Below are positions 35,987 to 45,366 of a DNA stretch of 64,000 nucleotides, in pieces. The stretch is taken from the IMG/VR virus record IMGVR_UViG_3300009285_000507, positions 32,749-96,748 of that record. One strand, written 5' to 3'. This DNA is from a virus (lineage: Duplodnaviria > Heunggongvirae > Uroviricota > Caudoviricetes). The translations under genes were made by a program, and so were the position numbers. A model generated the notes under the pieces. That model saw nothing but the letters and a program-made list of their open reading frames with translations, was not told where the DNA came from and made no database searches. The first letter of the stretch is position 1; each line of letters starts with the position of its first letter.

Positions 35987-36442
35987 ATGAAGAAACTGTT
36001 GGGTTTGGTTCTACTCTGTGCTATTCTAGCTGCTCCAGGATGTGTTGGTACAAAGTACTATATTCAGGATGGTCAGGTAACAAACAAGTTTCTGCAGGTT
36101 AGCACTAATACCATGATGACCACACGTGCTACATGGTATAATACCCAAGATGCATTTGCTAAAGCAAAGATTGCTGGTATGATGACAGATGCACAGTGGA
36201 ACAGTTGGAGTTCAGTTGATGCTAAGTTCAGAGCATCTCAGAATGCATTAACAGAGGTATTAAAGGTTTACGCTGGGATGTTACAGCAGCTTGCTACGGC
36301 AGATCAGGCTGGAGATGCAGCATCAGTATCACAGATTGAAAGTAAGATGTCAGCTAAGGAAGCTCTTATTAATTCAGCACTTGCAAACATCACAGGTATT
36401 CTTGTTGAAGGGCAGAATCTTCTTACTGCCGTCCAACAGTAA
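35987..36442 (+). CDS. secreted protein or lipoprotein (151 aa)
   Basis: Signal peptide MKKLLGLVLLCAILAAPGCVG with Cys at the end of the h-region (imperfect lipobox). Confidence 0.45.
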   Translation: MKKLLGLVLLCAILAAPGCVGTKYYIQDGQVTNKFLQVSTNTMMTTRATWYNTQDAFAKAKIAGMMTDAQWNSWSSVDAKFRASQNALTEVLKVYAGMLQQLATADQAGDAASVSQIESKMSAKEALINSALANITGILVEGQNLLTAVQQ

Positions 36443-36455
36443 AAGGAGATAGAAC

Positions 36456-36644
36456 ATGTCTACTAAGATTGATCCTGAACTAGTTAAGTTGATTCTTCAG
36501 TTAGCAAGTGATGTTATCCCCAATATCCTTGACGCAATTAACCGTGGGGAAACAAAGTTTGTTCTTCCTTTAGACCAGTACGATGCAAAGCTAAAGATTA
36601 CACGTACAGCAGAGGATGCCCTAAAGGAACAGGAGGGCAAATAG
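36456..36644 (+). CDS. hypothetical small protein (62 aa)
   Basis: ORF with GGAGATAGAACATG start context. Confidence 0.35.
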   Translation: MSTKIDPELVKLILQLASDVIPNILDAINRGETKFVLPLDQYDAKLKITRTAEDALKEQEGK

Positions 36645-36645
36645 T

Positions 36646-36819
36646 ATGAACTGTTGTGGTAACAACGAAGGTTGGTGCAGGAAGGATACGTGCGCTTGTG
36701 ACAAACATGTATGTGCATTGTTCGAAGACACAAGAACACCTGGAGTAAAGCGTTGTACTGAGTGTGGCAAGCTATATAGTACAGAGTCAAACCAATCCGT
36801 CAGCGTGAAGCTAGGGTAA
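36646..36819 (+). CDS. small Cys-rich protein (57 aa), not in ORF track
   Basis: MNCCGNNEGWCRKDTCACDKHVCALFEDTRTPGVKRCTECGKLYSTESNQSVSVKLG. Stop embedded in the terminator stem. Confidence 0.3.
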   Translation: MNCCGNNEGWCRKDTCACDKHVCALFEDTRTPGVKRCTECGKLYSTESNQSVSVKLG

Positions 36820-36838
36820 CCCCCTAGCTTCTTTTTTT
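36807..36838 (+). terminator. rho-independent terminator
   Basis: GAAGCTAGGG-TAAC-CCCCTAGCTTC followed by TTTTTTT. Confidence 0.7.
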
Positions 36839-36840
36839 CC

Positions 36841-36856
36841 CTTACTTATACATATG
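36841..36856 (+). promoter_or_regulatory. late-promoter-like motif CTTACTTATACATATG
   Basis: Immediately after the terminator; 27 nt upstream of the ATG at 36883. Confidence 0.4.
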
Positions 36857-36882
36857 TTGTGTAGTTACATCAGGAGACATAA

Positions 36883-37701
36883 ATGGCACGATCCCCTAAA
36901 GATATGATACTTGGTCTTATTGCTATTGGTGCAGCTGACTCAGACAAAGGTAATGATATCAAGAATTTAGCCTTCGCTGATTACAATCAAGAGACAGATG
37001 TACTAACCCTGCAGGATGGTAACTTTGCTCCTGTGGAGGATCTTCCTTCAGGTCAGAGGCAGGTTGGCAAGAAGGAACTAAGACTAACAAATCCAACCTT
37101 AACCAATGGTATTCTTCCAGTTAAGATTGACGCATGTGATGTTTCATTAGTAATATCTAATGCTGTTCTAGCCTCATTCCAGAACTTTCCTCAAGAGATC
37201 AACGGTAACTTCACACTGAACAACTGTGTCATTAAGTCCTTTGCTGGATTCCCAACAAAGGTGTCTGGTGATATCAAACTGAACAGTGTATACATTATGG
37301 CTAAGGACTTCACTGGTTTTGCACAGCCAACTGGTAAGGGCCTAATTGAGATTATTGTAACACCAAACATGCAGCGGGAGTTCACTCTAGCTGGTATGCC
37401 GCAGAGACTTGACAGCAGCTTGACACTAACCAACATGAAGTTCAAGAAGGGTAGTGTGTCAGGCGGCGTTGCTGAACGTCCAGTTGGAATTATCGAGGGT
37501 GACCTAACATTGAATAACTGTGGTCTTACCAGTGCTATTGGTTTGCCTATGCGCATTGGTGGTAATCTAAATGCAACAGGTAGTAACTCTATTGATATGA
37601 AGGACATAAGTGAAGCTGGCATTTCTGTTATAGGCCAGGAGAGCAAGCTTGTTAAGTCAGGGATAATAGAAGATACCTCAGCTAAAGAATGGGATCTATA
37701 A
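36883..37701 (+). CDS. leucine-rich-repeat-like protein (272 aa)
   Basis: Repeated roughly 22-24-aa units such as GNFTLNNCVIKSFAGFPTKVSGDIKLN and GDLTLNNCGLTSAIGLPMRIGGNLN, resembling BspA-type LRRs. Confidence 0.45.
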   Translation: MARSPKDMILGLIAIGAADSDKGNDIKNLAFADYNQETDVLTLQDGNFAPVEDLPSGQRQVGKKELRLTNPTLTNGILPVKIDACDVSLVISNAVLASFQNFPQEINGNFTLNNCVIKSFAGFPTKVSGDIKLNSVYIMAKDFTGFAQPTGKGLIEIIVTPNMQREFTLAGMPQRLDSSLTLTNMKFKKGSVSGGVAERPVGIIEGDLTLNNCGLTSAIGLPMRIGGNLNATGSNSIDMKDISEAGISVIGQESKLVKSGIIEDTSAKEWDL

Positions 37702-37704
37702 GAT

Positions 37705-39567
37705 ATGGAACCTAAGAGTCCAGTAGTTCGCCGTAAAAAGAAAGTTAAAGTCGAGGCACTTCCAGCACTAGTTCCTAAGAACGAATACTTTGGAACTGGT
37801 GGTAATGAGGCTCTAGCCAAAGCTGCTGACGTACAGGATGGTGAGTACTTACAGGTACAGACATCCAACAAGATGTTCCAGTTCTATCAGGACTACGTAA
37901 AGCCAGCAGCTTCACGTGACCAAGTATACGTGCAGATTGAAGATATGTCCTATGACTCAATCGTTAACTCAGTCCTTGAGCTGTATGCTGAGGATGCCTT
38001 TGGTGATGTTCTAGAGGGTAAGGATAATCATATTTGGTGCTCATGCCTTAACAGTAAGGTTCGTGATATCGTTGATGAGTTCCTTGAGTCCTCAGGTATT
38101 CTTGAGCGTGTATGGTCTATCACGTTCCAACATATTAAGTATGGTGACCACTTCGTTAAGGTTGATGGCGAACGTGGTCATGGTGTTACAAATTTAGATT
38201 ACGACATCCATCCAAAACTTATTAAGAGATATGAAAAGAATGGTAGCCTATTCGCATTCTCGTCAGCTGCATTCAGCCAGGATCATAATGAGGTAACTTA
38301 TTTTACTCCATGGCAGTTTGCACATTTCCGTAATGGTACTCAGAGACTTCGTGAGCGTCTGTTCTACGGAAGCATCAAAGAAGGAACCTATGGTGATCCT
38401 CTGCTAAGCCAGTCAATCCTCACATGGCGCAAGCTTAACATGATGGAAGACTCAATGGTGCTGTACCGCAATGCCAAGATCAGTCGTCCAATGATTGTAA
38501 AGATCAACATGGATGCAGTTCCAAAGGCTCAGCAGCGCGAGTACTTTGACAGAGTTATTAATCGCTTTGAGTACACATCCAGCTTCTCTCCTAATGAGAG
38601 TATCTATCAGCAGCAGGCTAAAGCATTGTCAGCTTCTGAGCCCATTTATATTCCTATGTCTAAGGATGGTGGGGATATAACTCATGAAGACTGGAGCGAA
38701 GATCCCTCAGTTTCAGGCATTATTGACATTGAATATATGCGCAACAAGCTCTATGGGAGTTTCAAAGTACCACCTCCGTTCATTGGCATCACTGCTGATA
38801 TGGGTGGACTTAACTCTGATAATTTGTACATGATGTCTATGCGTTATGCACGTACAGTACGGCGTATTAAGATGCAGGTACTGTGGGGTATTAAACGTAT
38901 ATGCCGTATCCATTTAGCTTATCGTGATCCACTACTACTTCGTCATGACTTTGACCTAAACACTGCATCAGTTACCACAGCGGAAGATCTGTCACGGGCA
39001 GAGACAACCAAGACAATCATTGGGTTCCTCTCTGAGTTTGCTCGGTTGCTTGAAGGCGTTGGGGTTGAGTATGATCGTTACAAGTTTGCTAAGTGGGCAA
39101 TCAAGCATCTTAACCTAAATGACTTTGATGTAAATGATATCCTTAAGAAGGTTGAGACTGAGCTTGGTGCAGCACCACAGGGTACACCAATGGGTGGTGC
39201 TCTAGGAGGCGTAGGTGGCGGTATTGACCTAGGTGCACCAGCACCTGTCCCAGGACCAGAGGCAGGCCCAGCTGCTCCAGGAGCGTCACCTATGACCCCT
39301 GGTGCTATGCCTCCAGAGGGTATCCCGCTTGATCAGTTCCTAGCACAGAAGGAAAAGACACTAGGTGAGATCAAGATGGAGAAGAAGACCAAGCTAACCA
39401 AGTTGTTTGGTGAGCTAACCCCAACTGATAACAAGGATGTAACGGCGGCTACGCCAGATAAATATGAAGACAAAGGTAAGGGCAAGTATGACTTCAAGGA
39501 AGTTAGAAAGTTTGTACGAGTTTCAGATAGTAAAGGAAAGAGTAAAGAGGTACAAAGCAAAGAGTAG
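37705..39567 (+). CDS. putative portal protein (620 aa)
   Basis: Large protein immediately upstream of the protease/scaffold and capsid genes. Gly/Pro-rich flexible C-terminal region. Assignment is positional and by size, not by motif. Confidence 0.45.
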   Translation: MEPKSPVVRRKKKVKVEALPALVPKNEYFGTGGNEALAKAADVQDGEYLQVQTSNKMFQFYQDYVKPAASRDQVYVQIEDMSYDSIVNSVLELYAEDAFGDVLEGKDNHIWCSCLNSKVRDIVDEFLESSGILERVWSITFQHIKYGDHFVKVDGERGHGVTNLDYDIHPKLIKRYEKNGSLFAFSSAAFSQDHNEVTYFTPWQFAHFRNGTQRLRERLFYGSIKEGTYGDPLLSQSILTWRKLNMMEDSMVLYRNAKISRPMIVKINMDAVPKAQQREYFDRVINRFEYTSSFSPNESIYQQQAKALSASEPIYIPMSKDGGDITHEDWSEDPSVSGIIDIEYMRNKLYGSFKVPPPFIGITADMGGLNSDNLYMMSMRYARTVRRIKMQVLWGIKRICRIHLAYRDPLLLRHDFDLNTASVTTAEDLSRAETTKTIIGFLSEFARLLEGVGVEYDRYKFAKWAIKHLNLNDFDVNDILKKVETELGAAPQGTPMGGALGGVGGGIDLGAPAPVPGPEAGPAAPGASPMTPGAMPPEGIPLDQFLAQKEKTLGEIKMEKKTKLTKLFGELTPTDNKDVTAATPDKYEDKGKGKYDFKEVRKFVRVSDSKGKSKEVQSKE

Positions 39568-39958
39568 TAGCGAAGACCTTTCCTATCTGAAGAACCTTAT
39601 TCAAACAAATGAATCCTTCGTCCTAGATAATCTTAACTTATTCAAGACAGAGGATTTGTGTGTCCTTCAGGAGGCACTATTCCTATCCCACTTTAGGGAG
39701 TACTCCAAGGACAAACCATTCTTCCGTAACTTCCAGAGAGTGTTGTCTGGAAGCCTGCAGGAAGAGAGCATGAACAAGATAGTGTCTAGCGCAATGACAC
39801 ATCTGTTTATTGAATTTGAGAAGCTGGGAAATGTTAAGTCTATCTTCCAACGGTTTAATAATATACTCAGAAAAGTATGTGAGCAATCAGATTATGCATT
39901 TGCAATCGAAGGAATGAAATACATTTTAGGACTAGAGGTAACCAATAATGAGCGATAA
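39464..39958 (+). CDS. hypothetical protein (ORF overlaps 3' end of portal gene; true start probably internal)
   Basis: 164-aa ORF overlapping the portal gene by about 100 nt in another frame. Downstream in-frame Met codons exist. Confidence 0.3.
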   Translation: MKTKVRASMTSRKLESLYEFQIVKERVKRYKAKSSSEDLSYLKNLIQTNESFVLDNLNLFKTEDLCVLQEALFLSHFREYSKDKPFFRNFQRVLSGSLQEESMNKIVSSAMTHLFIEFEKLGNVKSIFQRFNNILRKVCEQSDYAFAIEGMKYILGLEVTNNER

Positions 39959-41420
39959 GAAAATGCTTACAGTAGCTTGTGAGAGTACTGGTGGCTTCAC
40001 AGCTGTTGCTGGCATTACCAGTAACCCAGCTATCATAGGCACTTATGAAGGTATCGTTCAGCAGATTGATACTGCCAACCAGAACAAGCGTCGGTACACT
40101 AAGAAGTTCTGGGACACATGGCTCAATCAGGAATCAACCAAAGAGAAGCTTGAAGGCAAGCTACTACTTGGTCAGTACTCACACCCACGTAACCTTGATG
40201 ATGGTTCATTCTTTGAGAACCTAACCTCACATGCAATCACAAGCCTTCGTGTTGAAGGCAACAACGTCATGGGTAAAGTTGAAGTATTCAATACCTCAGC
40301 TGGTCGTGACGTTAAAGTTCTTCTAGATGCAGGTGTTCGCCTAGGTGTTAGCTCACGTGCTCTTGCTGTATCAGAGTACAACGGTGAGTTCGAAGACATC
40401 AATGAAGGTGAGATCTTCGGTTGGGATTATGTCATTGATCCCTCAGTTAAGTGTGCAGTACTAAAGCCTATTGGCGAATCATTGGATATTAGAAAGGGTG
40501 CTAAGTCACTTATGGAAAGTATCGCTAAGTCTAACTCTGATGATTCCAAGGTTATTATGGAAGCACTTGGCTACAAGAAAGTTACAGAGGAAGCAGTTAA
40601 GGAAGTAGTAGCAGAGCCAGTAGTTGAGGCACCTAAAGAAGAGACCACCACTGAGAAGGAGATCAACCCAATGGAAAGCACAGAAGTCCAGGAACTACTT
40701 GAGAAGGCAGCAAAAGAAAAGGTTGATCTCCAGGAGCAGCTAGCTAAGGCTAATGAAGAGGTTGCATCCTTCACTGCTAAGATTGACACAGTGAAGAGCA
40801 ATTATCTAAAGATGCGTGAAAGCTTCATTAACACAGCCAAGGACCTACGCTCTAAGATTGCAGAGAGCTCAGTTAAGATGGAAGAGGTTAAGGCAGAGGC
40901 TGATCGTCAGGTCCAGCTAGCAGATGGCCTTGTTGGTCGTATGCGTGAGAAGCTCAACAGCACTGAGTCAACTGGCGAAGTCCTTACGGAGAAGTCAGTT
41001 GTGGCTATTGAGAAGATGCGTGATATGATCAATGACCAGAAGGCAAAGCTTGCTGCAGCAGATGAGATGAAGGCCCGCTACGAGTCAGCTATTACTCGTC
41101 TTACAGCTAAGGTTAAGGAACTACAGGGTACCAATGAAGAGGTAGAGGTTAAGCTGGCTGGTGAGGCAGTACTAAAGAATCTAGGCCAGACTAACAATGA
41201 TGAGTTCCGCAGCCTTGTTGAATCGTGCAAGTCAGTTAAGGAAGTCAAGATGGTTGAGCAGCGTTACACTGAGCTACACGAAACAATGAAGGAAGCACTA
41301 CCTACAGAGATGATTAAGGTTGAGAATATTCAGCGTGAGATCGAGGACGAGCTAGGCAAGCAGGTTGATCCTGAAGTTAATCGCCTGACAAATGTTATAA
41401 AGAAGTCAGCTCGGCGTTAA
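39948..41420 (+). CDS. putative prohead protease-scaffold fusion protein (490 aa)
   Basis: N-terminal roughly 200-aa globular domain followed by a roughly 250-aa charged coiled-coil (EVQELLEKAAKEKVDLQEQLAKANEE...). Sits between the portal and capsid genes. Confidence 0.4.
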   Translation: MSDKKMLTVACESTGGFTAVAGITSNPAIIGTYEGIVQQIDTANQNKRRYTKKFWDTWLNQESTKEKLEGKLLLGQYSHPRNLDDGSFFENLTSHAITSLRVEGNNVMGKVEVFNTSAGRDVKVLLDAGVRLGVSSRALAVSEYNGEFEDINEGEIFGWDYVIDPSVKCAVLKPIGESLDIRKGAKSLMESIAKSNSDDSKVIMEALGYKKVTEEAVKEVVAEPVVEAPKEETTTEKEINPMESTEVQELLEKAAKEKVDLQEQLAKANEEVASFTAKIDTVKSNYLKMRESFINTAKDLRSKIAESSVKMEEVKAEADRQVQLADGLVGRMREKLNSTESTGEVLTEKSVVAIEKMRDMINDQKAKLAAADEMKARYESAITRLTAKVKELQGTNEEVEVKLAGEAVLKNLGQTNNDEFRSLVESCKSVKEVKMVEQRYTELHETMKEALPTEMIKVENIQREIEDELGKQVDPEVNRLTNVIKKSARR

Positions 41421-41431
41421 CATTCTCTGAA

Positions 41432-41446
41432 TTACTTATATACCTA
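41432..41446 (+). promoter_or_regulatory. late-promoter-like motif ATTACTTATATACCT
   Basis: About 107 nt upstream of the capsid gene ATG. Confidence 0.35.
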
Positions 41447-41552
41447 TTTGGTTAGCAAAGTTCTTAAGTGTGAGACTTTCTACTTGAGGCAAGAGCGAAA
41501 CCACCTAGTTATAAAAAGCAGTGAAAACTAAAACCCAAAAGGGAGAACACAG

Positions 41553-43034
41553 ATGGCAAATCACACACAGCTAGTTGAGCAGGGTTGCAAAGCTGCCAAC
41601 AGCAAATTCAAGAAACACCTGGAAGCAGTCCAGAGCTTCTACAAGACAGCTCATGGCCGCAACCTACCTGAGAACGTTGAAGCAGTTCTAGGGCAGTGCC
41701 TCACCAATACCCAGGCTTACTTCGAAGGGATTGCAAAGAAACGCGGTTACCTAAAGACTGAAGGGCTAACCACTTCAGACCTAGGCACCTACATTCGTCA
41801 TGGTTTCGAGCTGATCAGCGCACTGATCCCAAGCTCAATCCTAGACGACATTGTTAGCGTTCAGCCTATGGATCGTAAGACTGGTCAGGTCTTCTGGCTA
41901 GACTACCAGTATGAAACAGGCCAGGGTATCATTCGCCCAGGCGACACAATGTTCCATGCACAGAAGGTTACTGGTCTCCGTAACAATGGTAATGCCTATA
42001 AGTACTTCAGCTCAGACATCGTTCAGGGCGAGCCTATTGCAGCCTTTGGTGCAATTGGTACCAACTATGAACACAGCTTCGAGCATTTCCCATTCAAGAC
42101 TGGGGCTACTGTTACTGTTGGTTACTGGGATGGTGCAGCTGTTCGTACCTTCACTGGCACTGCAGCAGCTAGTTCATTCACCATCACTGATGGCGTTGAC
42201 ACAGTAACAATCGTTCATGACAACACCCAGGCAATTGGTACCTTCAACGTTGGTGTTGCGTTCGTTCCTCAGACCAATGCACTAACAGTTGCAAGCTATG
42301 AGTTCGACTTCGAAAGTCGCCCAGCCAACACTGGCCGCGTGAAGCTCGCAATCCGTGAGGCAGTCGTGGTAGCACAGAAGCGTCAGCTAGCAATGAATTG
42401 GTTGCTTGACTCAGCATTCGAACTAGAGCAGCACTATGGCAAGAGCATTGACGACGAAGCAATCGCAATTCTCGCCGGTGAGCTCCGCGCCGAAATCGAC
42501 CAGCTAGTTCTGGACGACATTATGGCACAGGCTCCTGCATCAACTCTAGCCGGTGCAGACCGCTTCCTAGCAGCTAACCCAGTGTTCATCAGCGAAATGG
42601 AACGCGCCCAGGACTTCGTGAAGCATCTACAGCGCGAAAGTTCACAGATCTACAAGACCACACGGCGTATCCAGGGCACATGGCTGGGTGCAGGTAACGA
42701 AGTTTGCAACCTGATCATGTCAATGCCTAACACAATGTTCAAGGTTGAGAACAACGGCATGCAGCCACCTACAGGTCCACACAAGGTTGGTCGGTTGATG
42801 GATCGTTGGGACATCTACCGTAACCTAGCGTATGGTGACAATGAGTATGTCATGGGCGCAAAGGGTAACAGCTGGATCGAAGCCGGTTATGCATGGCTTC
42901 CATTCATTCCAATCATGGTCACTGATCCATATCCAGTAGGGAACATGGAATATGAACGTGGCGTGATCACAAAGAATGCCCAGACAATGCTGAACGACGG
43001 CTTCTTCGTGAAGAGCAGCATCCGGTGGGTGTAG
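41553..43034 (+). CDS. putative major capsid protein (493 aa)
   Basis: Follows the scaffold gene with a long leader, GGGAGAACACAGATG start context, and a strong terminator downstream. Shares an N-terminal motif (VSVQPMDRKTGQVFWLDYQY) with the ORF at 61705. Confidence 0.5.
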   Translation: MANHTQLVEQGCKAANSKFKKHLEAVQSFYKTAHGRNLPENVEAVLGQCLTNTQAYFEGIAKKRGYLKTEGLTTSDLGTYIRHGFELISALIPSSILDDIVSVQPMDRKTGQVFWLDYQYETGQGIIRPGDTMFHAQKVTGLRNNGNAYKYFSSDIVQGEPIAAFGAIGTNYEHSFEHFPFKTGATVTVGYWDGAAVRTFTGTAAASSFTITDGVDTVTIVHDNTQAIGTFNVGVAFVPQTNALTVASYEFDFESRPANTGRVKLAIREAVVVAQKRQLAMNWLLDSAFELEQHYGKSIDDEAIAILAGELRAEIDQLVLDDIMAQAPASTLAGADRFLAANPVFISEMERAQDFVKHLQRESSQIYKTTRRIQGTWLGAGNEVCNLIMSMPNTMFKVENNGMQPPTGPHKVGRLMDRWDIYRNLAYGDNEYVMGAKGNSWIEAGYAWLPFIPIMVTDPYPVGNMEYERGVITKNAQTMLNDGFFVKSSIRWV

Positions 43035-43062
43035 TAGTTAGTAAGTAACTTGATTCAAATAA

Positions 43063-43096
43063 AGGAGCTGGGCGTAAAAGCTCAGCTCCTTTTTTC
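43063..43096 (+). terminator. rho-independent terminator after capsid gene
   Basis: AGGAGCTG-GGCGTAAAAGCT-CAGCTCCT followed by TTTTTT. Confidence 0.75.
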
Positions 43097-43112
43097 ATAG
43101 GTAGGAGCCCTC

Positions 43113-43838
43113 ATGCTACTAAGCTATATAGTAGACTATTTAGATAATTACTTTCAACCGATTCCTACAATTGAACCTGGGACACCAGAGAGTTGTGTAG
43201 CCCATGCTTTAGATTATTTTAACTGTGAGTGTGGCGAGACACGCTGTGATGAGATCAGCCCAACAATAGGGCAGAACAGATCTGCTGTTATTGATATGAC
43301 AGATCTTAATGCTATCTCAGTTGTAGATGTTATTCCTCGTGTACCTAACATGGTCAGTGAAGTTGGCAGCGTTGACAGTATCACTGACCTTATTCTTTTA
43401 AACTGGACAGATAAGATGCTGACTGGTGGTGGCGGTCAGTACCGTGATATGCAGCAGCTAATCCTTACAAGACAGTTTCTGGCCCAGTATCGTCAGTACT
43501 TTGGGCTCAGGTTTGACTGGAGATTCTTCCAGGAGATTGGCAGACTAACAGTAAACCAGATGCCTTATGGCGCAGTGTCATTGTTTGTTACATACAAGAG
43601 AGAGATCCCTGCTCATCCATTCTCACCTAATTATCGTTTGCAGGATAGGTTTGCATTCCGTTGGATCAAAGAGTACTCACTAGCTTTGTTCCAGTTGAGG
43701 CAGGGCGAAATACTATCCAAGGCAACAGCGGTAGGTCTTGATGTACAGGGTGCAAGCATTAAGCAAGAAGGTCTAGCAAGTAAGGAACGCTTGGAGCAGC
43801 AGTTGGCTAAGGCCATTCCAATGCCTTCTATTAGGTAG
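43113..43838 (+). CDS. hypothetical structural protein (241 aa)
   Basis: ORF directly after the capsid terminator. Confidence 0.45.
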   Translation: MLLSYIVDYLDNYFQPIPTIEPGTPESCVAHALDYFNCECGETRCDEISPTIGQNRSAVIDMTDLNAISVVDVIPRVPNMVSEVGSVDSITDLILLNWTDKMLTGGGGQYRDMQQLILTRQFLAQYRQYFGLRFDWRFFQEIGRLTVNQMPYGAVSLFVTYKREIPAHPFSPNYRLQDRFAFRWIKEYSLALFQLRQGEILSKATAVGLDVQGASIKQEGLASKERLEQQLAKAIPMPSIR

Positions 43839-43848
43839 GATTAAACTA

Positions 43849-44109
43849 ATGTACCAAGTACACAATAAGAGTGACGAGGCAGTAGCAGTTAACACAGGAG
43901 TCAGCAGCATTGTGCTTCAGCCAAACTGTCAGATGACTACAACCTATGTAGGTAACATCCAGTACCTTCTTGGTGTCTGTGATATATTCCGTGACGGATC
44001 AAAGATTATGTCCTTCACAAATGAGACAGCTGAAGAAGTTATTAATAAACTAGAAGAGACTGAAGCACAGCCCACTAAGGCTGCTAAGAAAACCAAAAAG
44101 AAAAAGTAG
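43849..44109 (+). CDS. small protein with Lys-rich C-terminus (86 aa)
   Basis: Ends KAAKKTKKKK. Confidence 0.4.
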   Translation: MYQVHNKSDEAVAVNTGVSSIVLQPNCQMTTTYVGNIQYLLGVCDIFRDGSKIMSFTNETAEEVINKLEETEAQPTKAAKKTKKKK

Positions 44110-44121
44110 TGGAGGAACACA

Positions 44122-44976
44122 ATGTCTATTGAATTCAAGGGTTTAGAGTTCGTTGATGCCAAGGTTATCAAGAACAGTGACGGGACTATCTATGCCCCTA
44201 TCTGTAATACCTGTCGTCTAATCTCAGGCATCAGCAACAGTGTGCTCCTAGCTTTCAAGGAAGATGATGAACGCATTGACAAGTGCTCCGTTGACGGGTG
44301 CGATGGCTATGCTACGTCACTAGTAAATATTCCACCAGATACCATCAAGGGTATGCCAGACGGTATCAAGGTATCAACTGTGGAGAACTTTGAAGAGGAA
44401 CTCGATGACGAGTTTTATACTGCTATGTTTGAAGATAAGGATGATAATGATGACAAAGAAAAAGAAGGTAGTGACTCAGAAGATTTCAACAAAGAAACCA
44501 AAGAAGACTCAGAAGACGCTGATGACGAAGATAAAGATGACCGCCATGGAGATTCTGAACCTGATGAAGCTTCGGACAAAAAGAAAGTCCTTGAAGAAAG
44601 ATGGGAAGAAATCCTAGATCTTATCGAAGAGAAGGCTGATGAGCTCGCAGTTAACCTGCGCTCGAAGGCTGAAGAGATGCGCCAGATCATGCAGGAGTCA
44701 GAGAAGGAAGGCGAGGATATCATTGAGGAGATCCTTGCTCGCATTAAGGCAATTGATGTTAGCGACCTACCTCCTATCATTGAGGATCTCGAAACCGATC
44801 TTAACAAGGAAGTTAGGGCTGCAGAGAAGGACGCTGAAGAAGAGGGTACTGAAGACGAGAAGGAAGAGCTTGATGAGCTGGGTAACAACAACGATGTAAC
44901 CCAGGATGAAGCCATTCATACCCCTGATGAAGATAACCTTGATGACATTATCTCCCGTATCAAGAAGGGTCAGTAG
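44122..44976 (+). CDS. highly acidic protein (284 aa)
   Basis: Globular N-terminal 100 aa with Cys pairs, then long D/E/K low complexity (EDKDDNDDKEKEGSDSEDF...DADDEDKDD). Confidence 0.5.
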   Translation: MSIEFKGLEFVDAKVIKNSDGTIYAPICNTCRLISGISNSVLLAFKEDDERIDKCSVDGCDGYATSLVNIPPDTIKGMPDGIKVSTVENFEEELDDEFYTAMFEDKDDNDDKEKEGSDSEDFNKETKEDSEDADDEDKDDRHGDSEPDEASDKKKVLEERWEEILDLIEEKADELAVNLRSKAEEMRQIMQESEKEGEDIIEEILARIKAIDVSDLPPIIEDLETDLNKEVRAAEKDAEEEGTEDEKEELDELGNNNDVTQDEAIHTPDEDNLDDIISRIKKGQ

Positions 44977-44981
44977 TATAT

Positions 44982-45326
44982 ATGGCTCAGCCACAGGTTC
45001 AAGTAGTTCCCATTGACCAGCTCCAGAGTCTTCTGGGGCATGGTCAGCAGCAGTTCCCTCAGGATATAATGGATCAGGATATGGCAATGATGGGTGGTGC
45101 AGATGGTGTGCAGCCTATCATCATTGTTGTCAATGTATCCAACAGCACAGCATCAATCAAGGATCCAGCCATGCTGCAGATGGCTCAGGCTATGGGAATG
45201 GATGCTATGCCAGCTGCTGTAGATGTGGTTGATGATGAGAGCTGTGGTGAGGATCAAGGTATCCCAGTTAACATCGGTGGGGTCATGGTAACTGTTCCAA
45301 GTGATCTAGGTCTAAAGACGGTTTAG
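44982..45326 (+). CDS. hypothetical Met/Gln-rich protein (114 aa)
   Basis: ORF with start directly after the previous stop. Confidence 0.4.
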   Translation: MAQPQVQVVPIDQLQSLLGHGQQQFPQDIMDQDMAMMGGADGVQPIIIVVNVSNSTASIKDPAMLQMAQAMGMDAMPAAVDVVDDESCGEDQGIPVNIGGVMVTVPSDLGLKTV

Positions 45327-45336
45327 TTATATACTT
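45324..45336 (+). promoter_or_regulatory. late-promoter-like motif variant TAGTTATATACTT
   Basis: 30 nt upstream of the ATG at 45367. Confidence 0.25.
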
Positions 45337-45366
45337 CTGTAAGTAAGTATACTAAGAGGTACTTAA

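Noticed and set aside
37191-37871. 226-aa minus-strand ORF antisense to the LRR-like and portal genes
   Set aside because: Spans two co-oriented plus-strand genes and their junction. No start context.
44415-44915. 166-aa Ser-rich minus-strand ORF, plus 44390..44617 and 44639..44899 plus-strand Lys/Arg-rich ORFs
   Set aside because: Alternative frames of the D/E/K low-complexity region of the acidic protein gene at 44122..44976.
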